Below the pieces are notes generated by a model. The model made no database searches. It saw only the letters and a list, made by a program, of their open reading frames with translations, and was not told the origin of the DNA. DNA of 64,000 bases. It comes from Podarcis melisellensis (lineage: Eukaryota). This document shows, piece by piece, positions 52,950 to 64,000 of this stretch. The stretch's first letter is position 1. Every line of letters begins with the position of its first letter. Position numbers and translations under genes: made by a program. The DNA is taken from assembly GCA_964234715.1 (NCBI GenBank), contig OZ174281.1. One strand, written 5' to 3'.

Positions 52950-53012
52950 AATCCTTCCAGTAGCACCTTAAAGACCAACTAAGTTAGTTCTTGGTATGAG
53001 CTTTCGTGTGCA
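52950..53012. mobile_element. Penelope-like element terminal fragment
   Basis: CCAGTAGCACCTTAAAGACCAACTAAGTTAGTTCTTGGTATGAGCTTTCGTGTGCA resembles reptile Penelope ends as I recall them. Confidence 0.5.
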
Positions 53013-53657
53013 GGTATTGATACTGTATGCAATGACAAATAAATACAATGGTCCCAATCCATCTATAGCTAGTTGTGTAACTACCGGTAACTAACAGTGC
53101 AATCCTAAGTCTCACTGTTTTCAGGTAACTTGTCCCATTGGCTTCAATGAAATTTGGTTACAGCTAACTTTAGATGAACCAGGACGGGACCTCATTGCAG
53201 CCTATTCATCAGTTGTATAGCCAAAGGGGGGGGGGAACCCAGCTAAAAGTAAGTTTATACTTCAGTATTAAATGGTCCCCATTCTTTTTTTACACAGCTT
53301 AATTACAGGAAGGATTTCTACCACCTACAGTTGTTGCATTTACTTTCTACATGGCAGCATCAGCTGTGCACTCTCAATTAATGCCACCTTCCCCTGAAAG
53401 AAACAGCGGAACAAAGTGCCTTTAATAAGATTTAGTAGCCAAATGATTCCTGACATTAGTCAATACACCTTGTCCCTCCCCTGTGGCTGTTATGGCACTT
53501 TCAGATGCCTGCTTCCCTGCACCCCCCACCCCAAGATCATAGTGCTTTTGAGAGTGCCTATCACACTGATATGCTAAACACCTACAAGCCAGATGTAAAA
53601 TTTATTCCCACTTCAAACATACTAGCAGGATCAGCAGAGGAGAAAAACAACCATCAC

Positions 53658-53661
<4 letters not shown>

Positions 53662-53698
<37 letters not shown>
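53662..53698. repeat. (AC)n microsatellite
   Basis: About 18 AC units. Confidence 0.95.
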
Positions 53699-53701
<3 letters not shown>

Positions 53702-53744
53702 GCCCTGCAACACCTTTATAAGACACTTCCTGCTTTTCTGTAAG

Positions 53745-54212
53745 GTTTATTTATTTAATAACATACTTTGTTTTAATCCAAAAAAGGTATCCAAGGTGGT
53801 TAACAAATCAATAAAAGTTAAAAGGAATTTTAAAAATCAGCATACTAACATCTTCATTTATATAGGGGCAGTGGTTAAAACTTTCAAAACTTTGAAATGA
53901 AACAGTAAAATAGCCTGGTAAGGGCCTTGGTATAACCAAGTTTCTATTGGTCTCCTTAGAGACAAAGCCTAGCAGACTTCAGTTGGCAGGGCATCCTATA
54001 GGGTAGGTGCCACTACAGAAAATACTCTTTCCCTGGTAGCTGCCCACTGGGCTTCACAGGGTTGAAGGCTCTGAAGTAGAGCCTCTATTGATGAGCAGAG
54101 CATGCAGGGAAGAATGCAAGAAGAAGCCAGTCCTTAAAATACTCAGATCTCACACCATTTTGGGCTTTAAAGGTTAACACCAGCACCTTCAATTCAGCAT
54201 GGAAACAAACTG
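53745..54212 (-). mobile_element. L2 LINE 3' remnant
   Basis: GGGCTTTAAAGGTTAACACCAGCACCTTCAATTCAGC is the reverse of the L2 segment xLKVLVLTFKA; TTTATTTATTT tail at the left end. Confidence 0.6.
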
Positions 54213-56172
54213 CATCTTACTTTTCTCCACTGCGAAACAAGCCTAATGTCAAATAGACTTTCAGTTAAAAACACCGCTGTGTTTTTGTTAGACTCTACTA
54301 CCATTCCTATCACACAACTGAGCAAGGAGAACAAGGTTTCCTGGAAAAGCCTAGTCTATATACCTACTGCCCCTGAGAGCAGCTGGAGATAACACACATA
54401 TTGGAATATTTCAGGGCACAGGGGAATCTTGGATGTTAACTAGCTGCTGAGGTCACACCAGTTAATGTTCAATTCAAACAGCTGTGCATTTTATCTACTG
54501 AATTTTTTATTAAACTCTTTCTCTCCCCTCCCCTCACACACTTGCTCTCTAGCTCAGCAGCAAGACCTAACTAAAGCATTTAGCATAAATAAATCAGCAG
54601 CCTTTACTGATTTTAAGACAGAATAATCCTGAGAGTGACTGTAACTCAAAGCAACCAAAGACTTATTATTTCCATATCTAGCAGTAGTACTGTCCATACA
54701 CAATGCTAGACGAACTATGCAAAGCTGGGGTGGGGGGAGTGAATAGCTAGCACAGAAACATTATTTTTGTAGCTATTCTGCTCATTTGCACGACATCCAT
54801 AATTTGTACAGGGCTTGGTTTGTTAAGGAGATCACTGAACAGATCAGGCCAAGTTTGCTTTTTTTTTAAGTGAAGTGACAAACTGAATCTTTCCTGCCTC
54901 CAGATCGTATCTAACCTTTTAGACATCCTTGATGAATGTAGCTGTTCTTCACGATGAGCATGTCTTAAAATAGATAACTAATGAGCAAATCCCTATGCCC
55001 AATGAAATTAAATACCCTCTTCCCTACATACACACTGGGTTCACAGCTTGCCAGAGGTATTTGTGTATGCATGAATCCCTTTGCCCACCCACAGAAAGAG
55101 GCCAAATGGTTTAAGCTGAACCACTCTCTCTATGGAATTGATTTGCAAATTTTGAAGTGGTCCCCCATAGGGTGTGTGTGAAATACACCTGTGTGTGTGG
55201 CATGCATGTGTACATACTGAAGTTTGGGGGAGGATAGAAACCTGCACCAAAGCAGGGGCAGGAAGACATTCCCGCCAGCTACAGCGATCTAGCATTACAG
55301 ACATCAAAATGCCAAGCATGAGTGCCTCAGAGAACTTTTCATTCCAGCCTCCTTCCCCAGCTTTAGGAGGGAGTCTGAGGGCCAAAGTTTAAACAAACAT
55401 CCTTCGCCTGGAAGTTTTTGCTTTGTAGAAAAAGCAGTGATGGCCCCCAGATCCAGAACATGCACCTGATCAGGGTCAGAGTCCCAGACCAGTTTTCTGC
55501 TGAAGATGGCCACCTGCCTGCCTGCCTGCTAGTTGACCCCAAGTGTACTCATTTCAGAGAAGTGGTTTGCAGCAGAAAACTGGTCCATAGTCCAAATCAA
55601 GAGCACATTGTGGTCCCTCCCAGTTCTATGATTCTATGGGACATCTGCAGCTGTTTTCCTCCCCATTATAGAAGTGACAAGATTAAGTAAGCTTGCTCGT
55701 TTAAAGACACAACCAATGTCACAGGCAGTTCCAGTACAGCATTGGCTTAGGGCCCCTGCCCATAGATCTCTGGGCACACAGCAATGCTTACATACAGCTG
55801 TCCGTATGCAGGAGGGCCCTGTGTGTTGCCAAATGATTGGCTAGGACTGAGGTAGCTAAATTTTGATGACGCTCGAGTTTAAAAAGTTTGAAAGTAACTG
55901 CTCTGTGTTAAAACACAGAATGCCCTCAATAGCTAACATTTCAGTTGAACATCTGGCAAGTTTAAGATCAATGCTTCAACTACTTCAATTCCTACACCAA
56001 GCAACCCAGCCCCTCCCAACAAGGAAACACCTATTTCCAAGTGAACAGGTAGGGTTGCTGCCATCTAGAAAGTATTTGCACACTTGCCTATCCAGTGTGC
56101 TTGCCAATGTTTGGGAAGCAGGTGTTTACTATGCCTACTCTGAAGCCTCAATTTCGTTTTTAGGCAGCTTAC

Positions 56173-56270
56173 TCACAGCTCACAGTCTGTCTCCTGGCAG
56201 CTTTTCTCCCTTCCTTCCAGGGATGCAGTGTTAGGAATGCAGCCTTAGATGACTCAAGCGGTGGTGCCAT
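56173..56270 (-). CDS. MAPRE2: Candidate alternative coding first exon of MAPRE2
   Basis: ATG at 56270 (GGAGAAATGG) opens 32 codons plus 2 nt ending at GA|GTAAGC. Phase 2 is compatible with exon 2. A GC box and CCAAT box lie 105-140 bp upstream. No homology support recognised. Confidence 0.35.
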
Positions 56271-56359
56271 TTCTCCTGCTATTGAGACCACCTCCCAGCC
56301 CACTAGTCCACCTTGTGCTCCTCCTCTGAAACCTGCCAAGCAAAGCCCCTGACCTGTCA

Positions 56360-57400
56360 AAACTTCACGGAGCTCCGCCCACTAGCCCATCCTGCCTCTG
56401 CCCATTGGCCTAGTGTTTTTTAAACCTCAAGTTGGCAACCCAAGGCGCGCGAGGGGAGGGGGGTGGAGTGCCGCGGGTTTCATCCCCAGCCCTGGCAGCT
56501 TTGTTTTGAGAGGCTCCTCCTGGGGCTGGCAGCGACTTCCCTCCTCGGCAAACAGGGCTTCTTTGTACCTCGGCTGCCTCTTGCCAATCTCCTGGCGCTT
56601 CGTGGCGAGTGCCTCCCTCTCCGCTTCCTCTCCTTCCCACGCAGACCAAAAACAACTCCTCTCCCCCCTTCCTCCCGAGCTTCACTTCAGCCGCGCAATG
56701 ACGCCCCTGCCCACCGCGGAAAGCGCGCGCCTCGGCTCCTTTCGCCGGCTCTGTGGAAAGCCCCTCAGAGCGCCGCTCGTCGCTCCTGCCAGCGTGGCAG
56801 CCCCGAGTTCCCCCCTCGCCCTGGCAGCCCGGGCAAGAGCGAGTCCCGTCCCCTCGCACCAGGCAGACGTCGAACCCAACCTGGAGCCAGCCGGCCAGCT
56901 ACCTACCGGCGGGCTGCTCCGCGGGCAACTAAGTCTGAGGCGCGCGCTGAGGTGAGGGGAGAGAAGCGCCGCCGCCGCCGCCGCCACCTTCTTCTCCTCA
57001 CGCGGCACGTCACTCACCTGCTCCTGCCGGGCTGGGCCGCCGCTGCCGCCAAACGCGCCGCTCTCCTCCTTTGACAGCTGCCTTTTGTTTTCCCCACCCT
57101 CCTCGGTCTCCGCTTCGGCTGCCGCTCCACCCCGAGAGCCACGTGAATCAAGCCGGGCGGGCGAGGCGGGCTACTCCGGGGAGGGGCGGTCCTGGCGCGC
57201 CGCGAGGGAGCGGCGGGCGAAAAAGGGAAGAGGGACTGGAGCCAACGGCGAGAGCCCAGCCCAGAGGCGGAGTGCGTCACGCGCCTGTGTGGGGCTGCCG
57301 GCGGAGGCGGGAGAGCTCTCTCTGTCACGCCGGCGACCAACGCCGCGCGCCTTCCTTATCTTCCTGCTTGCTCAGTCATCGCCTCGGTGAGCTCAGGTCA
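56360..57400 (-). promoter_or_regulatory. MAPRE2: Distal CpG island, probable upstream MAPRE2 promoter
   Basis: Very high CpG density. GC box 56375-56380, CCAAT 56404-56408 (minus), E-box CACGTG near 57140, (GCC)n near 56968-56986. Mammalian MAPRE2 also has a far-upstream promoter. Confidence 0.75.
57018..57150 (-). other. MAPRE2: Probable non-coding first exon of the distal MAPRE2 transcript (5' end approximate)
   Basis: Perfect donor CAG|GTGAGT at 57018/57017 inside the CpG island, with no minus-strand ATG in the preceding ~350 nt. Confidence 0.6.
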
Positions 57401-57439
57401 CCTCCAATAACAGCAGCATCCACAGCCCTGCTGCTCCTG

Positions 57440-57460
57440 CAGCAGCAGCAGCAGCAGCAG
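57440..57460. repeat. (CAG)7 repeat at the edge of the CpG island
   Basis: Direct reading of the sequence. Confidence 0.9.
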
Positions 57461-58908
57461 CACAAAGGAGCACTTCCTGTGTCGCTCTGCTCCTTAGGAG
57501 ATGCTCTGCCTTTCAGCAGCTGCGAAATGGGAACTTTCAAGCCTGCACGTGCAGATGGAAGTCTCTTGCCTATGCAGAGGATGCCCTGCCTCTCTAGACA
57601 AGGACCTGATAATCTGGTATCTCACAGAAAGGGGGAACCTGTGGCCGGCTGCATGTGTTCTTGGACTCCAGCTCCCTTGGCCGAGGCCGTTGCTGGTTGC
57701 CAAAATTGATGTACTGCTATCAGAAGATTGCACTCATTACCAGCCCTGCCATCTGTTAAACTGGACAAGGAGGAAACATGGATCAGGGGAGGGGCAAGGT
57801 GGCAGTGAGGTCAGTGCAGGCACAGTGGCAGAGCCAGTCCAGTGTTTTTGCCACATGCCCACACTGTGCCACTCTTCCTGCCACCCTCTCAGTTACTGGC
57901 ACCAATTTCAACATTGGGAAGTTGGGGGAGCCATGTTGCCCCACTCTGCTTCTCTGGCTGCTACTGTGACTAGTTGATTAAAGGACAATGAATTAACACA
58001 TGTATTTCTTGTCTAATTTTCTGGGAGTGTCTTTTTGCAAATCCTGATGGAAAAGAGGAAATTTGCCATCAGTGTAAGACTTACACTGTACCGTCACTGT
58101 GGCCACTTCAGCATGTGGCAGCTGTAGGTAGGCACGGAGCTGTTTCAGCCTGTGGAAAAGCTGGCTATACTGCACATATGCCTCCATCCACAGGATTCAG
58201 TTTCTGGAGCTGCTTTTTTTTGGGGGGGGGGGGTTGCACTAGCACGACAAAAGCCAACCACAGTGTGCACTACCAAAAGTTCACAAACATAATTGGTTTA
58301 CCAGCTGCTAAAAGTGATTGGGAGCAAACACGGGCAAGACTCTTACCATGGCCATGAGTACCAAAAGATAAAGTCACAGGAACCTGTGAGACAATAATGA
58401 CTATAGCTTGGAAAATACATGTTTGTATTTTGTATTCAATCCGCATATACCCGTGTGTGTACATATGTAATAATATTGAAAAAAACATTTCATTTCATTG
58501 TCTCTTGAGTTCCTGTCACTCTGTCAATGGGTACTTATATTTGCCAACTCCCTCATCTGGTTTTTTTGCATCTTGTGTGATGGCCATCATGTCCTATCAT
58601 GATTGTGGGACTAGTTTCTTTCATAAAACGTAGGTACTGCTTGATTGTAAAACAACAACCCTTAAATAATGCTTTGTTACAATTTAACAAACTAAAGCTG
58701 CAGTCCTTGATAGGAGAGGATATATTGAATTGCAACTATTATGTACTGGTTTCGTATGTCATTATTTATAATTCTTATCTGTAATCTTGTAACCTACTTC
58801 CCCCTTATTATCTGTCAATTAGACACACTTCTGATTTAATCTCATTTATGTTTGTTCATGTTTTACCATCTCTTTATCATGCTTCAGAACCTGTCAATAT
58901 TGCAATTA

Positions 58909-59077
58909 CCGTATTTTTTGCACCATAACACTCACTTTTTTCCTCCCAAAAAGTAAGGGGAAATGTCTGTGCGTGTTATGGAGGGAATGCCTATGGGTGG
59001 CATGCCTACGGATTTTCCTCCTCTAAAAACTACGTGCGTGTTATGGTCGGGTGCGTGTTATAGAGCGAAAAATACGG
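58909..59077. mobile_element. Tc1/mariner-type MITE (CCGTATTTTT termini)
   Basis: TA|CCGTATTTTTTGCACCATAACAC...GTGTTATAGAGCGAAAAATACGG|TA, with three internal TGCGTGTTAT repeats. Confidence 0.88.
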
Positions 59078-62000
59078 TATTTTACAAGTTATATTAAAAT
59101 GCAATTTGGGACTTCTCTTGTTTGGTCAGGTGAGTGGAAATCCAGTGCTGATAGAGGATGGAAGTGCAAAGTTGTGTCTTTACTAATGAATATCTGGGGT
59201 GGCGTTTAGCAGGCAGTAGACTGCTGGCTTTGTTCAGGATAATTGGGTCTGGTAAGGTTAAAGATCCCATCACCACTGCAAAGGCCAATCTGACTGAGCT
59301 GTCTCCACTTGCCTGGAGCTCCAGGGCATATGATCTCTAGGCTGGCCGGCAAGGTCAAAGCAACTTGGTCAGAAAAACAACAAAAGCCAGCCTGACTGAA
59401 CTGTTGCTGCTGCTATTCAACCCATGAGGAGCATCTGATAATATAGACTGCAATGCAGTGCTTTTTTAAAGAAAAAAAGGTGCTGGTATTCACCATTAAG
59501 TTGTTACAGTAAGTGTCACACTTTTAACGTTTGGGAAAAAAAGGTGTCGGCACTCTGTACCCTTGAGTACTCCCAGAAAAAAGTACCGGTACTGCTGCAA
59601 TGGTTTGTGTGAGAGAGATGTGCATTTATATGTACACTTTAGTAAATTCATTTTTGTAGACATTCCTTGGCTAGAAAACTGCAATGCAAAATTCAGGGAA
59701 ATGTGTACTTTGAAGGATATATGTGTTTTGGTTTATGAACTGTTTTAGAATGCACAGGTTTAGTAGGTTTGCCTTTAAATGTGAACTGACTCAAATTACT
59801 CCTCCATCCCTAGTTATGGTATAAGGCTCAACTGGGGATAGGAGCAGGGTTATAGAAAATTCTGTGTCCTGACAACAAGATGCCCATTTGGTTTCCTCCC
59901 CTAATGAAATGGAATAAATAGGACAAATAAACAGGAATAATAAATATAGAATAAACAGGGAAAATGCATACAGTACTATGTTTTATTTGCCTTTTTAAAA
60001 AATGCATGTAGCTCTTTTTTAAAAAAGAGTTTTACTCTTCATAAGCTTGAAAAACATGCAGACATTAACAGCACATATATTATGGCACACCATGTATATA
60101 ATAATGCCACTATAATAATGGATTGCTAAATATCCCCTCATATTTTATATAAGTGAATACCCAGGTTCAGAAATGAGCTACTTCATCTAGCATGGGTATG
60201 ATTTAATGTCAAGCGGCAGGCAAGTTTTCCAAAATAGCAAAAGGCAGATGACACATGCCTGAACAAAGATAAAAAAACCTTTCAGTCCTCTAAGCTGTTA
60301 GTTCCCATAATAATAAGCATGAATATTAATATAATGTCAGCAGCATAAGAAGTAGCTAACACTTGCAGCATTGTTCATGCTTTCTCATGCATGTAGTATA
60401 ATGTTCCAAGTTTTTTGTTTTTTGTTTAAAAAAAGCTGGTCTCTGTGGCTAGAGCTGCTTTTCTGCTAAGTTGGTCAAAGCCTCAATCTCCATCGTTAAT
60501 GTTGCTAGCACCATGTTTACAAGTGCAAGGATAGTAAGCTGAAAAGCTGGATGGAAGCATAGCAATGAAATACATCGTTCGGTGGTTTCATCTCAATTCC
60601 TTTAATAATTGCCTGGAGGAATATGGATTTAATGCTTGTCAATCAAATACACAAGCTCCTTGGATCTAGGGTGACAACTGCAACATTTTCCTTCACTCAT
60701 GCTCTGTTCTTTGCATATTCTATCAACATGGAGAAAGATAACTAGTCGGCTGCTCCAAATATTTGAAAATAGCTATTAGGTAGATGGATCCAACGCAGCA
60801 CCTGAAAAAGGGACTACTTCGCTTTCCACTGAACTCTGAAGTCCCCTTCAAAAAATGGGATTGCTCACTCACATTAAGTTCTCTGCTGCCATTCAGCAGA
60901 TTGTTCTGAGACTGCAGTGCAGCTGGGTAGTTTTAGACCCTGAGCTGAGTGGTCTTAAGGGGAGGGGGCTCACGCTAATCTACCCCTGCTGTGTTTGGGG
61001 AGCTTCCTGCTCACTTTGCGGTGTGAGGCCTTGGACCCCTGCCCCAAAGCCTTGCACTCATGGCACCACTGCCTGAGAACTCCCTAAATCAGTACTGAAA
61101 AAACCAGAATTGAGAAATTAATGGGGGGGCACATAATTATAAGTGGAATACAAAAATACTATCCTGAAAGCCCTGCATGGTTACCAAGCTTGCAGTTTTG
61201 TTAATTAGAGCTTTTATCTGCTTCCGTTAGCTTAAAAATGGGGAAACTTTTATTTCCTGTTGAAAATCTTGAGAGTAATTTTCAGGGGCCACATGCCAAC
61301 AGTGTGGGGGGCCAGAGTTAAAAGCAGGCAGAGTTACTCTTCTTTCTCTCAGTTTCTGCCATCCCCTTTTATCTCTCCCTCCCACCCTTATCCAACAGAC
61401 TACAGAGGGAAGAACAGATCACTCATCAGAGCTCTCCTCACACTTCCATCTCCATCTGTTTTTGTTCTTCCCCTCTTCCATGCTACAGGGACCAAGCCCT
61501 TACTGTGGTAGGCTTGCCAATAGAGGTTTGGCAGGAGCCATACTTGCTAGTTTTTAGGTATCTCCTAAAAATGGTATTATTCAGACAAGCCTTTCAAACT
61601 TGAGATACTTTGGCAGCAAGCTTTTACTGATTTGTTTGGGGTTTTTTATAACTGTAATACTGTGTTTCTAGTCTGTATACTGCCTTGTGATGTTTTATGT
61701 GAATACTAAAAAACCCCAGATAAATCTATAAATGAAGTGGCTGAGAACCTACTGCAGGGCTGCAGGATTCCCAAGTGCACTCTGCATAAAGAAACGTGGC
61801 CCCACAGAGGTTGTTGAATCCCAACTCCAATCAGCATATTCGACAATCAGGGATGATGGAACTTGTAGTCCAACAACATATGGAGGGCTACAGGTCTCTC
61901 AAACCTATGTTAAGAGAATGAGTTATGAGCTGCAAAGTCTCCAGTGCATTTTTCACTTCAGCCATAAATATGACTCCACCTGTGACACAGGTATAATAAT

Positions 62001-63005
62001 ACAGGTATTATACAAATAGTATTATTAGTTATAATAATGCTCCCTATCTTACTTTGGGGGTTGGTTGTGTGGGCATGTGTTTCTGCAATTATTAATGAGA
62101 GAGTGTACCTGAAGTACAGCTACTCTTAACTCCTTGGAAAATCACTCTGTAAATACTGTTATGCTTAATGGGAAAGTTTTTGAAGAGGAAAATACTATAT
62201 TAATGCAAATTGCAACACATTTCTCTATCTATAGTGATAATTTCCCCCATGTCCCCAGTACAGCTAGTTAGCCATACTTTTTTCTCCTTTACTATGGAAG
62301 ACTCAGGGAACAAATATTTTTAGTTAACCCATTATACTTTTAATTCATCACGGTTAAGAACTTTAATTCCCATACACATCTTTTAAATCTGCAGAAATAT
62401 CTTGGAGTTGGACAAGGACCTAGAGGCTGAGGAAAGAAGGGCCCTGCAGACAGCAGCAAACACCTCTATGTGATTTAAATTAGCTGTAGCAAAAATTACG
62501 GTACTCTAATTCAAGTGTGATGGGTCAGCAGAACATGTCTAAGTTTCTTTTACCCATTTCTGTTCTTGTTTAAGTACACCCTCTCCTTCATCACATGCAA
62601 CAGTGCCAAAGCACACACTCCAGGCATCAACCCCAGTACTACAGCCAGCAGCCACTCTGCTACTGTCTCTCCCCAGGCATCCCTCCAGGCAGACACTTGA
62701 ATCCTTTTATGCTTCTTAACTGCATTGTTTCATTATAACTTTTGTATAGCATGGGATAAAAGGCAAACTTAAAAAATAGCCTGTTATTTATACGGAAAAG
62801 TTATACAACAGTACAAAATGAATAAATAACAAAAACAGAAAAGAAAGAAAGAAAAGTTAAAAGAACTTTTAGATAAAAGAAAAGAAAAAGTTAAAACTTT
62901 GGAGTTTTGAGGTATATTAACAGTGCATTAGCACTGTGTATCATGTTTCCCAGGGCAATTTGTAAATCATATGTTTTGTGAAGCATTATTGTTAAAGTGT
63001 ACATA

Positions 63006-63204
63006 CAGTCAAACCTTGGCTCCTGAACCCAGAAGTAAATGTTCCAGTTTTTGAATGTTTTTCGGAAGTTGAATGTCCGATGTGGCTTCCGCTGAGTGCG
63101 GGAAGCTCTTGCAACCAGTCTGAAGCCGCGATTCGGTTGTCAAATGTTTTGGAATCTGAACAAACTTCCGGAACATATTACATTCAACAACCCAGGTTTG
63201 ACTG
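63006..63204. mobile_element. Tc1/mariner (Tigger-like) MITE
   Basis: TA|CAGTCAAACCT...AGGTTTGACTG|TA. Confidence 0.85.
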
Positions 63205-64000
63205 TACTTAAACAGGTTCTGTACTCTGAAATTTGGAGGCCTAAACTATATCAAGAGCAACTATACCCACTTGTGTGTTATGCTGATCACACAAAACCAG
63301 CAAGGGAAAGCAGCAATGATTTTTATCTCTATTTACTCATTTAAAAGGCTGGTAGCGTACCCTTCATCGGTTCAGGTACCAGAGTGGGGTAGGGCATAAA
63401 ATAAACAACAACAGATAGGTAAACATGTAATTAAAGCTAACAATATAATCAAGGCATAAGATCATAAATTAATTTACAGTTTACTTCAAATAAACCATTT
63501 TGAATTGTTCTATGCAGCAAACCACACTGGATTCATCCTTTTAAAATGCCCTTTAAAATCTGCTTTAACAATTCTCAAGTTATTCCTTGGTTAAGCTGTC
63601 TAATTATTATAGCCTTCCCTGGTGCCTGCTGAACTGCAGATTGAAAATGAAGAGAAACATGGATCAAATAAAGAAACCCATTTCCTAAACCAAACTGGAA
63701 AAAAAACATCTGTTACTGCTGGGGGTGGGTGGGAGGAAATGGAGGAAAACTGTACAGAATTGCCTCATTAAACAGTAACCTCTTTGTGGGTGCATCACAT
63801 GTAACAAATGGAGCTGTTCAAAGCTCCAGTTTAAAGACAAATTAAAAAAACACACAAATCAGTGCTTGTCAATTTTGTTGTTTACTATCAGGAAGAGGAG
63901 AGGAAACAATATATTGTTTAAAACATAAAATAGATTATATTTCACTTTATCAAGACTTTGAGACTTTTCTTGCAAATATTACAGTTGCACACTTCTGTAG

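Noticed and set aside
56410-57977. ORFs of 150-212 aa, including a poly-Q stretch
   Set aside because: CpG-island artefacts in several frames on both strands, mostly non-ATG starts, with no recognisable domain.
63400-64000. Possible DTNA 3'UTR (DTNA is the upstream neighbour of MAPRE2 in mammals)
   Set aside because: Only a synteny expectation; no DTNA coding sequence is recognisable in the window.

Overview
Vertebrate genomic DNA from a squamate, probably a lacertid lizard (inferred from Sauria SINEs, Bov-B and squamate-type MITEs). The window holds the 5' part of MAPRE2 (EB2, microtubule end-binding protein) on the minus strand. Coding exon 1 (17498-17619) lies in a proximal CpG island and coding exon 2 is at 2403-2530. 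A second CpG island at about 56.35-57.4 kb looks like a distal promoter, with a non-coding first exon and a candidate alternative coding first exon. Intron 1 carries a full-length processed retrocopy of MICOS10 with a 16-bp target-site duplication (TSD). The rest is intronic or upstream sequence rich in transposable elements: Tc1/mariner-type and hAT-type MITEs, a solo LTR, SINEs, and Bov-B, L2, CR1 and Penelope remnants, several of them nested. Almost all ORFs in the supplied track are spurious. I found no convincing new biological system; the best leads are the MAPRE2 N-terminal isoform architecture and the MICOS10 retrocopy.
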